Shown here: positions 33,820 to 47,129 of the stretch, piece after piece | Numbering within the stretch: position 1 is the stretch's first letter | How the letters are laid out: each line of letters begins with the position of its first letter | From: Macrostomum lignano | Lineage: Eukaryota | Direction: 5' to 3' | DNA: 64,000 nucleotides | NCBI GenBank assembly: GCA_002269645.1 | Contig: NIVC01001779.1 | Coordinates: forward strand, 1 to 64,000 | Notes under the pieces: model-generated | Database searches by the model: none | The model's input: only the letters and a program-made list of their open reading frames with translations | What the model was told of the DNA's origin: nothing | Program-made: the position numbers and the translations under genes

Positions 33820-36165
33820 CTGTAGCCAGAAAGTGGAGAAATAGCTACAATTGGTATGATTGGTTCTCTGATTTTCTCTAGCAATGGCATATAGTCTTAG
33901 GATAGTTACCTAATCTTACAATTCCCTAATGTTTTACAGAGGCAGATACTATTTAGTAATAAGTCTTTGTTACATTTCAAAATGAACTTTTAATAATTTA
34001 TTAATAAACAAATAACCAACCAACATATGCATGTGTTATGCATAATAATTAATAAGTCTAGAGGATAGAGGGGCCTAGTCATTTTCATTGAAAATTCCAA
34101 TATGCACTTGGCTTGGCAATAGACTTCAGTGTGCCTTTTGTTTGCATAGAATTTATATGTTACATATATTAGCAAGTATACTACTCAAAAAAGTAATTTT
34201 AGCATATGCCTTCCTACCAAAAAACTATTTTAGTATATGGATTAAGATTACTCTAGTTCATAATTATCACATTAAAATTTTTATTCTTTTCTCTCTAGTA
34301 TTAAAATGTAATTAAGGAATAGTTTTTAATGAAAACAATATTATATATTCTTTAAAATAGTTTTAATAGTAAAATTTTATCATTATTAAGTTGATGGTCC
34401 TATGTATATAAATATAACATAGCATGGCCTAGAATAGGATATGCTAAAGGCTGGCTATGTAGCAGTTAAGTCTATATATAGGATACATTAGATAATTGCA
34501 ACATTTCTAGAAAAAAGCCTTATAAGAAATAGCAAGGACTTAGGCCTAGCCATTACTAGAAATCTCACACTTATAAACAGAAAGATAATTGAAGATTTAG
34601 CCATAATTTTATTAGCTTTATTAAGCCCCAGTTGCAATGGAAAAGGCAAATCATTAGCTAATTTTGTAATAAATAACAAAAGTTGCTTACTACAAATATT
34701 GCAATTAGTCTAATACATTTTATATAGGCCTACTAGTTAGATAAGGTAAGCCATTGTAAAATATACAAATTAGGCCATACAAAATAAATAAATGAACAAG
34801 AGGTCAAAGTGATTTAAGTATGTTAAAGGTTAAAATAGGTTTAAAATTGAGATAAATAAAAATTTAAATTAATGTATATTTGTTTCCAATTATTGGTATG
34901 GAACCATTAAGGGTTAGACAATATAATATTTTTCTAAATTTTTCAAGAGATTTTTAAGACTCTGGACCTATACTTTCAAGATAATCAATATTCAAAATTA
35001 GCCTAATTTTAATAGATTTAAATTAGCTCTATTTATTTTTAATAGAAATAAATTTTAAATTAGCCTACATTTATATGATGTCAAGAATTTTACAATAGAT
35101 AAATATATTCTAATAGATACGTTTATAGTAGCATAGGATATTCTATCGTAATAAAAATCAATTGCATTTTCAACTTGAGATATTTATTAATCGAAAGATA
35201 TATTGTAGTTTCTATTAATATTACTACCCTTGAGTAAATGAGTAATATTTGACAAACTATTAAAAAAGTCAAGTTTTGTGGCATATTTGAACTCATTGAA
35301 TAATTATAAATTTAATTGTTATCAGAATATAACCAGACATTCTGGTTATAACCAGACATTCTGGTTATAACCAGATATAACCAGACCAGGTGCCAGACAT
35401 TTATTTCGGCCGTATCTTGACAGGAGTTTTCGGGGTGTTTCAAAGAAAGGTATACAGTCAAAATCTGAAAAAGCAAGTGATTAGAACAAAACTTAATTAC
35501 ATTACAGAAGTTAGCAAAAGAATATTTTTTTACCTTACGTATATTTTGCACAATTGTTTTTGTTTCAATGTAAAAACATTTATATATAGTTGATATCGAC
35601 CTTAAAAAAATTTTCTTCGAAGGATCAACTTGAACGAAAGTCAATAGTTAGTTGGGTCACATACTTGTCAATTCGAATATGCTAGCTAGGCCTATGTGCA
35701 TGTATGCTTGTCTTATATGCATCCTTATTAATCGATCCAATTTAACTACCACTACCACATATGCAGCTGGGAGCAAGTGCACAGAAATATAGCTAAGTAT
35801 TAAATTCAGGTATTGTTACCTATTGGCCTATTGCCTATTGGTAGGGGCCTATAGTCATATAGATCATACAATATACAAAAGGTTAGGCCCCTAGTTAAAA
35901 ATAAAAAAAACATTATTTATATTTTCATCACATTAAATATAAAATTGACGTATTGTCATATAATTTTGGCTCTATTGCCTCAATATTTTATAGGACCCTT
36001 TTATGCTAGAGCAGTTCTAGGACATTTCATCAACGATCAACCAGCATTTTGTCAACCAGCATTTTGTCAACTGGTATTTTGTCAACTAGACATTACACCA
36101 ACCAGATATTTGGTTCAAGCCAAAATTATTCGTCTGTCATGTTAGGCCCCTAGCCATTAACATTA

Positions 36166-36978
36166 GGCAGTGCTTATCCCCACGTTACCGTAGGAATAAT
36201 TTTCTGCTTATCCGCACGGCACACTGACGAGATAGCTGCCCCATCTTCTACATATGCCGTAGGAATAATTTTCTGCTTATCCGCACGGCACACTGACGAG
36301 ATAGCTGCCCTATCTTCTACATATGCCGTGGGAATAATTTAGTTTAGTACTTACGGTTTAAGTGCAGTATAACAACATAACTTTGCTTGACAATTTGTTT
36401 ATTAGAAGTAAAGATTTAATGGCCTTTTTATGCAAAAAATGCTGGTCGTGGTGTTGATCCATATCAATAGCTTCTTAGTATCCTCAATTCAAATTCCCTT
36501 TCAAAAAGCTATAAACTATTCATGTACATGTAAGACTTGCACTTTGTCGAGATGTCAATCAAACGCAATTCTGACTTTATATTTCAAGGTGCCGAGTCAC
36601 TATTCCACTTAACGCGAACAGAACACGTCCCGGTCTGATGCGATAGCACTTTTTAAATTGGGGCCACTTTCGGAAATTACAACAAAATACATTATCAATA
36701 ATATACAATAACAATCCTAACCCCCAACTAAACAAAAATGCATCCATACAAAATTCAATGATGAGATTTGCTACATTCAGCACATATATGTAGAAGATAT
36801 GGCAGCTATCTCGTCAGTGTGCCGTGCGGATAATCAGAAAATTATTCCCACGGCATATGTAGAAGATGGGGCAGCTATCTCATCAGTGTGCCATGCGGAT
36901 AAGCAGAAAATTATTCCCACGGTACCATTGGAATAAGACAGAAATTATTCCTACGGTACCATGGGGATAAGTACTGCC
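36166..36978. mobile_element. Non-autonomous Mutator-like (MULE) DNA transposon, 813 bp, with a 9-bp TSD
   Basis: Termini GGCAGTGCTTATCCCC... and ...GGGGATAAGTACTGCC are inverted. TIRs of about 180 bp contain 69-bp subrepeats. Both sides are flanked by the exact direct repeat TTAACATTA (36157-36165 and 36979-36987). Confidence 0.88.
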
Positions 36979-38372
36979 TTAACATTAACATATTTAAGTT
37001 TAAGTTTTAAGTTTTATCATAAAAATAGGCCCCATGTGCCTATTTCTCCATGTGCATGAAAATTTGAAATTTGAAATTTGAAATTTGAAACCATGTGCAT
37101 GGTATTCAGGTACCATGGTACAACTGCAAATGAAGAAGGAAAGAAAAGAGAAGAGGAGAGAAGAGATGAGAGGGGAGATATGAGATAGTTGAGAGAGACA
37201 GGAAAGATAGGACAAGTATTGCTATACCATTGAAGACCAAATGTTTCTACAAGAATTTACTTCCTAACTACGACTACGAGGAGTTGCCCAACAATCTCTG
37301 TTGATATTGTTAAAATGCTGCGGTATTGGTTGGTCTCTTTGAAAATATAATATCAATAAATCTATACTAGTTTTTAAGACATGCTATTACACATTAGTAA
37401 AAGGGATTTTTTAGAAAAGTAGGTTGCTTTTTTAGCTGGCACCAGTTAAAAAAGTTTGCTATCATTTTGCTAGCACTAGTCAAAAAAGCCAGTCGCTATT
37501 TAATTGGCAGTCCTTCCTAACTGCCCCTCAAATAATGTGTTTATTTAAGTTGCAAAAATGCCCTACCCAAAAGAATAGGGCTTATTGATATAGTATTAAT
37601 TAAGATGATAAGGCATTTAGCCTTAGCCTAATAAGATAATTAAAGTTATTTTTGCTGATAGGCCTTATCCAAAATTGTTAGTTTTTGTTTTAGGGTTTCT
37701 TTTATAGATAAGTTGCTTTTGGTCAAAAAGTAAATTGTTGCTAGGCCTCTAGTATAAATTAGAAAGGTTGCACATGTCTAAACCAAGGTATACTTTAGAC
37801 ATCAAGTGTGTAAAACAAAGAAATTTGACCAAGAAAAATACATAAAACAAATAATTTTTTGCCAGAAAAGTATGCATAAAAATTTATTTATATATTGGCA
37901 AGTCATGAAACTCTTTCTCAAGTTTCTAATAATATATTAGAAAAGACTTTCATAAAGAAAAAAACAATCAAAATGGTATTTTATATAATTTTCTAATTTA
38001 ATATTTTTCTATATATTTGCCAAGATCCTAGGATCTTTGAGTTGAGATTGTGCTTACTATCTTTTATAGCCTATTAGACTTGTAAGCCTAAATTCCTTGC
38101 TATATGTATAAATACCAATTTAAAAAATTCAATTAATATAGGCCTAGGACAAATTTATGACTTGATAAATATATAAGTACCATAAAATTATACTGTTTGA
38201 TAATACTATAATAAATTGAAGCATAAGGTTGTTTAAATTATAACTGATATATTTTACTGATAATTAACTAAAGTTTTAAATCTAGATTCTAATAATAATA
38301 TCAAGAAATAACTATTTTTTTCTAAATATTTCTAAAGACAATGTGTATAAATATTCTATTGCAGACCCTAGA

Positions 38373-40010
38373 ATGCAGGTGGGGAAGGCCAAGCAGTCTG
38401 ACTGCTTAGCTATCTGGTGTCTAACAGAATTGGATTTTAGTAAAAAATGGTGCAAACCTATGTTGGCAACTGCTTTCACCATAGACACGTCAGCTAATTT
38501 GGTGTCAACTAATGGGTTAGTATCAGTAAATAATCTTTTCTAAGCTATAAAATAATCTAATTCATATCATGAATAAACTATATTTTGTAGGTCAAATTCA
38601 TATCTTCAACTAGTGTCATGCAATCTGACAGTTGATAGTCAACCACCAGGCAATAGTGAATCTTCTGCTAATCAGTCTGTGGAATTTTTACAACCAATTG
38701 GTCAACAATTGCTTGTGCCTAATAGTCAGACAGTGACTCAAATAGCATGGACTGGACATGCTGATAACACAGGCATTGTTTGTGGCTTTAACAATGGAAC
38801 ACTAGCTTTGTGTCCAGTTAATAATTTGTTGCTAGGGGACGATGCTTCATTGAAGTTACTATGGCAACAAAGTGGCCATGGTAGCTTGCGTCAGGATACT
38901 GGATCGGTTGTCTGTTTAAATACCAATAAACTGGAGTCGAATCTGCTGTGTAGTGCTAACAGTCAAGGAGCTGTATGTGTCTGGGATGTGCATTGCTTGG
39001 AGGTAATGTCCTTTATTTATTGTTTGTTTCGTTTAAAATGGCCTAATTTACCCAATCACCGATTCTTGTAGAACCCCACACTTCTACCCAATCACCGATT
39101 CTTGTAGAACCCCACACTTCTACCCAATCACCGATTCTTGTAGAACCCCACACTTCTACCCAATCACCGATTTTAGTAAACCCCACACTTCTACCCAATC
39201 ACCGATTCTTGTAGAACCCCACACTTCTACCCAATCACCGATTTTATTAAACCCCACACTTCTACCCAATCACCGATTCTTGTAGAACCCCACACTTCTA
39301 CCCAATCACCGATTCTTGTAGAACCCCACACTTCTACCCAATCACCGATTCTTGTAGAACCCCACACTTCTACCCAATCACTGATTCTTGTAGAACCCCA
39401 CACTTCTACCCAATCACCGATTTTAGTAAACCCCACACTTCTACCCAATCACCGATTTTAGTAAACCCCGCACTTCTACCCAATCACCGATTTTAGTAAA
39501 CCCCGCTCTTCTACCCAATCACCATTAATTCCAATAAAACTGATAAGAATCAGTGTGCTTCTAAATCGAACAGGCCGGACCCGTTAGGACGGTCGATCCG
39601 AGCTCCTCCGAAGGCTTTGAGGCTGTTCGATGCGTTTCCTGGAATCGCCAGGTAGCCCAGGTTTTTGGCGCAATTACCGAAGCTGCTGCTGGAGTTTCAG
39701 GGCTGGCAGTTTATGATACTCGTCGGGGTCGTGACGGTAGTTTGTCGCCGCTGATGCAACTGACTGCGGCCGATTGCGGCTTGACCCCTGGTCAACTGCT
39801 GACCTTGCTGGAGTGGCATCCTGGGTGAGTTCTGGCTTTGCTTGAACAGAGCGTCTGATTTTGGCTTTGTTGTGGGGAAATACGAGTGTACAGTGGCAGG
39901 TAGGCTGACAGGTAGACTGACACAGGCAGACACGAGCTTACTGTCTTGGTGTCTGTCTGCCTGTCTGTCTGTCTGTCTGTGTGTCTTAGTGTCTGTCTGT
40001 CTGTCTGTCG

Positions 40011-40054
<44 letters not shown>

Positions 40055-40134
40055 GCCTGTTTGTCTGTTTGTCTGTCTGTCTATCTGCCTGTTTGTCCGC
40101 CTCCCAGTTTGTCTGTTTTAGCGTCTGTCTGCCA

Positions 40135-40174
<40 letters not shown>

Positions 40175-40434
40175 GTCTGTCTGTCTGTCTGTCTGTCTTT
40201 CTGCCTGTCTGTCTGTCTATCTGCCTGTTTGTCTGTTTGTCTGTCTGTCTGTCTGCCTGTTTGTCCGCCTCCCAGTTTGTCTGTTTTAGCGTCTGTCCGT
40301 CTGTCTGTCTGTCTGTCTGTCTGTCTTTCTGTCTGTCTGTCTGTCTGTCTATCTGCCTGTTTGTCTGTTTGTCTGTCTGTCTGTCTGCCTGTTTGTCCGC
40401 CTCCCAGTTTGTCTGTTTTAGCGTCTGTCTGCCA

Positions 40435-40518
<84 letters not shown>

Positions 40519-43500
40519 TTTCAGTTTTCTGTCTCTGTCTATCTGACAGACACTGACGGACAGGCAGGCAGACCTTCGGATGACATGACTAGCCAGTTTA
40601 AGTTGTCGCCTGCGCAGCAGGTAAGAAGGCCGCATCAGGCGCGCCCTTGTGTAGAGGGCGGCATTGGTCTCGCTGTCTAGACTGCTGCTCACTAAGACAG
40701 ACAGACAGACAGACAGGCAGACTCAGAGGCAACTCCTACCCCGCAGCATGGCAACTCAGCTCTGCCTGGCCTCAGACGATAACCAGCGCTCCCAAATTCA
40801 GCTGTGGGATTTGCGCTTCGCCACCTCCCCAGTGACGGAGTTTAACGGTCACGCCGGTGCCAGTGTCCTGTCTATGGCCTGGAGCGAGTTCGACACCAGC
40901 TGCTTGTTGAGCTCCGACAGCTGCGGTGGCCTGCTGTGCTGGGATCCAAAGCCGATCGGTGGCGCTGTTGGCTCGATTCCCGATGCAACAGGTGCTGATA
41001 TTGTGGAGCCTTGCCAACTAGTTCGAGCTCAATTCGAAGGTCGGACCGCCCAGAATCTCGATTGGTGTCCAACCCAGCCTGGTCTGTTTTCAGCTTCAAC
41101 TTCCGATGGTCAGGTAAAGTGATGAAGGAACAGATAGATCCTGGGAGCAAGGGGGATGAGGGTTTTTCAGATTTTGTGTCCTAGCAGAACACCATTTTAA
41201 CTATTTTAACTTCTAAGCTCTTGAGCTGGCTCACTCTGTGGGTGTATAGAGAGACCCTTGGAGACTCCTGCTCTCTGGATTGTCCATTAAACTCGCCGCG
41301 TACTGTACTTTTACAACAAGGCGAACTGTAAGAATTTGTGCGGGTAAAAAACGACTTTTTTGTTTAGCAGCACCTATTGCTCGACTGGGCAGCGCTTGAA
41401 AGCTTAGGCTAAGCTTATTTAACGAGCAGTTCCAAGAAAACCTTTAGAGAGTTTAATACAGGGAATAAGGGAGAGGCGTGCGTGGGTTGAGGACAGGGGA
41501 ATTCTAGCTTCAAGTCTTTAATCATTGTGCTCGTTTCCATTCTTACCCCATTCAGTCCCCCCCCCTCCCTCCTTAGAAACTTGATCCCGCAGAGGAAGTA
41601 AAAGCCTAACCATGTGTTCTCAACAGTTTTGAGGTTTTTTTCTGTTCAAATTTTTAGACAGTTGGAAATAAAGAAATGGCCTTTTTAAAGCACTTTCTTA
41701 TTCTCTTGCTCTTATTTATTGAAGAATATGTATCTTCAATAACCGTCAAATGAACTGAAACCAATAGTTGTGTTTAAGGTTTGACAAATTCTGAGTGATT
41801 CTCACAAGAATATTACTTCTAAATAATTAAAACTGTCCTTTTTAGACATGGCTACTCCACACACCCCTTTGGGCCATAGACATGGTTCTTCTACAGACCC
41901 CCTTTGAGCCATAGACATGGCTACTCCACAGGTCCCTTTGAGCCATAGACATGGCTGCTCCACAGACCCCTTAGAGCCATAGACATGGCTGCTCCACGGA
42001 CCATGTCTTTTACAACATAGTTTATGTTGCCTTTCCAGTTTGGCATCTACAATATTCTCGGAGGCGGTTTCGGCATTGTTGATCTCGACGATAAAGACTA
42101 CGACGGTATAAATGAAGGTCAGTTAAAGCGCTTGAGGACTCCGTCTGCAGCCGAAGATCCCTTTGCCGAGGTTCGCCAGCCTCTTGGCTGTATTCGAGTG
42201 CAATATAATCCTGCTAGGCCTTTCAATTGGTTGCTAACATCTGCTCGTTGCGGTGCTAGTTTCGGCTTTGGCGGACAGTTAGTGTCGTTCGGCGGCCAGG
42301 CTGGTCACGTGACTATCGGAGTTTTAAACGCGGAAACCATTGGCCCCGTTGATTCGTTGATTGCGCGACGAGCCGCCGAATTCGAATCGGCGCTAGCTAA
42401 TGCCGGCGACGAGTTGGGGTCGTATTGCGGGTGAGGTTTAACTCTAATGTTCTAACCGGTTGGGTTAACTGACTACTAATTAGCTGACGAGGCATTTATG
42501 CAGTAAAATACGTTGAGAGTTACTCCCGCCGTTTACCTGTACTTTAAATCGCCAGACCGTTTTACTACTAATTAGATGACGATGTATTTATATAATTACT
42601 CCCGCCGTTTACCCGTACTGTAAGGTTCTACGGCAAATTTTTAATACTGATTAGATGACGAGGTATTTGTGTAATAGAATACGTTGATAGTTAGCTCGTA
42701 TACTTTGTCCGTTTACCCTAGTCATCGAGCGGTTGTCATTATAGTCGCTATGGCTATAAATCATTATATCATTAATAATTGATTAACAGGTTGCGCTCAA
42801 TCGAGTCTAGTCCACGCCTATCGGATTGCAACGCTTCCAATTCCAATTCTGAGAACTTATTGTGGCGACTATTGGAAGCCAATTTTAGTACTAATCCGCG
42901 TTCCGATTTTATTCGCCTGCTTGGCTACGGAGAAGATGACGATGAGTGCCAGCTGGATGGCAATGAGACTGATGATCTCATAGTTAGAGCACTGGTCTCC
43001 GGTAGATTACAGCTCAGCGTTGACCTGTGCCTAGCCAATAAAAGATATTGCGAAGCGTTGCTGTTAGCTTCAATCAGCGATGGAGTTGCTAACCAGAGTC
43101 AGCTGTTCAGCAGGACTCGAACTCGCGTCTTATCTACCATAAATAACTACGATAGTATTAGTAGTTTAGTTGGAACAGTTGTTAGCGGCAATATTGTCGA
43201 TTATGTTCGCAATGCTGGCATCGATTGGAAACAAAGACTGGCAGTTGTGTTGAGCTTTGTCGTTAACAATGATGAATCGGCCGCACTAATTGACTCTATT
43301 GGTCATAGCCTGATTGATGAAGAGAATAGTGAGCAGCAGAGAAATTCCGCATCTATTTGGTCTGCGGCTGTTTGCTACGCTTGTTCGGGTTCTTGGCGTT
43401 GGCTGGTTCACAGTCTACTACTGTTAGTAGGCAATGATAGTACCTATTCGTCATTAATTGGCATTCAATTAGCTTTGCAAGCTGGTGAGATTCTTCGACG

Positions 43501-46500
43501 CGCTGTTGGGTCTAACAATGCTACTGCTAGTAGTGTTGCCATTAGTGACGCCTTTGTGGAACGGTACGCTTGGTCTCTGACGGGTCTGGGTGAACTGTCC
43601 GCTGCTTTAAACTGTTGCCTTAGACATTTGGAGGACAGATTGACTCAGGAATCATACTCAGTTACTGAGGCCGATGTTAAGTTGCACGAGTTTGCTTATC
43701 GGCTTTGGCAAGTTGTGGCCACTCCCGGTACCACAATACCGAGCATCTTAAGGGATCCGTTTGCTGAGAGAGCAGCGATTAATGTAGCTAGATTAGTGGC
43801 TCAACCAGGTACTGGCTATGCACCACCACCGCCGAGTCAACCAGGTTCTGGCTATGCACCACCACCGCCAAGTCAACCAGGTTCTGTCTATGCACCACCA
43901 GCGCCAAGTCAACCAGGTTCTGGCTATACACCACCACCACCACCGCCAAGTCAACCAGGTTCTGGCTATGCACCACCACCGCCAAGTCAACCAGGTTCTG
44001 GCTATGCACCACCACCGCCGCCGAGTCAACCAGGTTCTGGCTATGCACCACCACCGCCAAGTCAACCAGGTTCTGGCTATGCACCACCAGCGCCAAGTCA
44101 ACCAGGTTCTGGCTATGCACCACCACCACCAAGTCAACCAGGTTCTGGCTATGCACCACCACCGCCAAGTCAACCAGGTTCTGTCTATGCACCACCACCA
44201 CCGCCGCGGACTCAAACAGGTTCTGTCTATGCACCACCAGCGCCAAGTCAACCAGGTTCTGGCTATGCACCACCACCACCAAGTCAACCAGGTTCTGGCT
44301 ATGCACCACCACCGCCAAGTCAACCAGGTTCTGTCTATGCACCACCACCACCGCCGCGGACTCAAACAGGTTCTGTCTATGCACCACCAGCGCCAAGTCA
44401 ACCAGGTTCTGTCTATGCACCACCAGCGCCAAGTCAACCAGGTTCTGTCTATGCACCACCACCGCCAAGTCAACCAGGTACTGGCTATACACCACCACCA
44501 CCACCGCCAAGTCAACCAGGTACTGGCTATACACCACCACCACCACCGCCAAGTCAACCAGGTTCTGGCTATGCACCACCACCACCACCGCCAAGTCATC
44601 CAGGTACTGGCTATACACCACCACCACCACCGCCAAGTCAACCAGGTTCTGGCTATGCACCACCACCACCACCGCCAAGTCAACCGGGTTCTGGCTATGC
44701 ACCACCACCACCGCCAAGTCAACCGGGTTCTGGCTATGCACCACCACCACCACCAAGTCAACCGGGTTCTGGCTATACACCACCACCACCACCGCCAAGT
44801 CAACCAGGTTCTGGCTATGCACCACCACCACCGCCAAGTCAACCGGGTTCTGGCTATGCACCACCACCACCGCCAAGTCAACCGGGTTCTGGCTATACAC
44901 CACCACCACCACCGCCAAGTCAACCAGGTTCTGGCTATGCACCACCACCACCAAGTCAACCAGGTTCTGGCTATGCACCACCACCTCGTCAACCACTGCA
45001 GCACACTGTAGCCACCTACTCCGAGCCTGCATCGCGACAGAAGTCTCTGAGAAGCTATTTTTCTTTCCCATTTCTAAAGTCAGCCGCACCCAGCGAACTC
45101 CCGCTGGCCATGTCGACAGCGAGCCTCGCCGCTTCGCCGACTCAACTGATCACTGCCGAAAGTTTCGACACGTCTCAACAACAATTTTCGGCCGCAAATT
45201 TTTCATTAGCGTATCGTACTACTCACATGAGTAGTTTATCGCCTAGTGCGCAGTGCTATAATCCGCTGGCTCACCTGCCAACTGCTGCGACTCAGGCTCT
45301 GCCTCCTAAGCCGCCGCCGACAAATTCTCAGACGACATTGTCGACAGAAAGCATGTCGCTTTTTCGTGGAAAACTTGGACCAACTGTAAGTTTATTAACT
45401 AAACTTTAAACTTTTATTATTTGATGTATTAATAGGATAAGAAATTCCCCACTCGTCTCAGCTGGAATATCCTCTCATCGGCTGTAATACCCCCTCGTCA
45501 TTTGGAATATCGCCTAATCAGCAGGAATACCCCCTAATAGGAATACTCCCTAATCAGTTGGAATACCCCTAATCAGCTGTAATACCCCTTAATCAGTTGG
45601 AATACCCCCTAATCAGCTGGAATACCCCCTAATCAGCTGTATACCCCCTAATCAGTTGGAATACCCCTAATCAGTTGGAATACCCCCTAATCAGCTGGAA
45701 TACCCCCTAATCAGCTGGAATACCCCCTAATTAGTTGGAATACCCCCTAATCAGCTGGAATACCTCTCATCGTCTCAAGCGGAATACACCTACGGCGAGG
45801 GAAACTCCTGAGAATTACCCTTATACTTTGCAGAAATACCCTTTTATCAATACCTCGCTGCAGTGGCTAGTAGCTGCAAAAGAAGAATTCCCCCCCCCCC
45901 TAACCCAGTCTCCAGACGCCAGCGCCGGCGGCAGAGACCAGGTTCAATCCCAGTTCTACAATCCGACTGCCTGGTCCGCTGCCGTTGCCGCACAGACTCC
46001 CCCACCAGCCTCATCAACAAGTGCTAAGCAGGTTTCTTCTAAGCCGTTAGAATCGACAAATAAACCTGCAAATACTACAGGTCCTGTAGCCAATGAGCCG
46101 TCTTTTAGGCTCCCTGCTGCGCTAATTAACCTGTCTAGAGATTGTCGCAATCAAGCTGAAAATCTGCTTCGTATGACTCCTCCGGGCGGCAGTGCTGTTA
46201 AATGGCGTCACTTGATTGCCAAGATGAACGACGCCGAGAAGCGAGCGACGGCGCTGGCCAAGTTGCTGGCCAATAGTAGCGTGAGTGTTTGCCTACCACC
46301 TGTCACTGGCATTATTCACGGTTACACTGTCAGTGTGTCACTCAGTCACTTTCCTCCTACTCCATCACTGTCATTCCCAAATCAGTCACTGTCACTCCCC
46401 CTTACTCATTCACTGCCACCCCCCTCACTCAGTCACTGCCACCCCCCTCACTCAGTCACTGTCACTCCCCCTTACTCATTCACTGCCACCCCCTCACGCA

Positions 46501-46901
46501 GTCACTGTCACTCCCCCTTACTCAGTCACTGCCTCCCCCTCACTCAGTCACTGTCACTCCCCCTTACTCAGTCACTGTCACTCCCCCTTACTCAGTCACT
46601 GCCACCCCCCTCACTCAGTCACTGTCACTGTCAATCCACCAACTCAATCACTGTCACTCCCCCCACTCAGTCGCTGTTACTTCCCTAATCCCTAGTCACA
46701 CTTAACTGACCTCTGCAGGTCTCGCAGCCGGTGCTAGATGGCCTGGGTTCGATTCTCACCAATCTGGAACGCGACAATCTGCCAGACGCGCTGGCCTGTC
46801 TGAACTCTGCCGTGCAGTGCGGCAGTTTCGTTGAGATGCGAAGCTTTATGCCCAGTTTCAAATTGCTGATTCAGACTGCCATTGACATGCGTCAAGTGTG
46901 A
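38373..46901 (+). CDS. SEC31: Sec31 (COPII outer-coat subunit), 8 exons, about 1570 aa as modelled
   Basis: Exons 38373-38515, 38591-39002, 39574-39824 (VSWNRQV...EWHP), 40747-41113 (MATQLCLASDDNQRSQIQLWDLRFATSP...LDWCPTQPGLFSASTSDGQ), 42039-42430 (LLTSARCGASFGFGGQLVSF), 42790-45385 (ACE1-type helical region plus Pro-rich repeat), 45909-46280 and 46719-46901 (GSFVEMRSFMPSFKLLIQTA, the Sec31 C-terminus). All junctions are GT-AG and phase-consistent. An extra small intron ending at 45079 is possible. Confidence 0.92.
39055..39525. repeat. 36-bp minisatellite (AACCCCACACTTCTACCCAATCACCGATTCTTGTAG)n in Sec31 intron 2
   Basis: About 13 copies. Confidence 0.92.
39945..40545. repeat. Compound (TCTG)n microsatellite with a triplicated internal cassette, Sec31 intron 3
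   Basis: TCTG runs interrupted three times by ...GTTTGTCCGCCTCCCAGTTTGTCTGTTTTAGCGTCTGTC. Confidence 0.9.
40560..40692 (-). mobile_element. Short fossil of an RTE-like LINE (region C-terminal to the reverse transcriptase)
   Basis: The minus frame reads TNAALYTRARLMRPSYLLRRRQLKLASHVIR, resembling the 'TNxxLY...IRxRRLxxAGHxxR' motif of RTE-clade ORFs. It is embedded between TCTG/GACA arrays. Confidence 0.55.
41843..42005. repeat. ~33-bp short tandem repeat (AGACATGGCTACTCCACAGACCCCTTTGAGCCAT)
   Basis: About 5 degenerate copies before the Sec31 exon-5 acceptor. Confidence 0.75.
43799..44990 (+). repeat. In-frame tandem repeat in Sec31 encoding about 31 units of SQPGSGY(A/T)P(4-6)
   Basis: Unit lengths are 36, 39 or 42 nt, always multiples of 3. 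The frame is continuous with Sec31 coding sequence on both sides. Confidence 0.85.
45450..45770. repeat. ~20-bp minisatellite (AATCAGCTGGAATACCCCCT)n in a Sec31 intron
   Basis: Degenerate tandem copies. Confidence 0.85.
46325..46685. repeat. ~24-bp minisatellite (CCCCCTTACTCAGTCACTGTCACT)n in the last Sec31 intron
   Basis: Degenerate tandem copies. Confidence 0.85.
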
Positions 46902-47129
46902 TTTTATGACTTCATTTGATTTTAGTAGGATTGTCACGGAACATGCGTCTCAATTTTTTGCATCGGAAATTTTTCATATTTGATCAGTTTTGTTTCATCT
47001 GCTCAGGACAAAACATTTTTTTACGATACAATTGCCAAAGATTGAATGAGGCCTTCAGCGACATTTTTGTATTGATAAAGGCACTCCTAAATAATTTTTT
47101 CTCACCCCTATATAAGGTGCATTCGATTT

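Noticed and set aside
43788-45089. Overlapping Trp/Val/His-rich ORFs in other frames of the Sec31 repeat
   Set aside because: They are shadow frames of the codon-multiple repeat.
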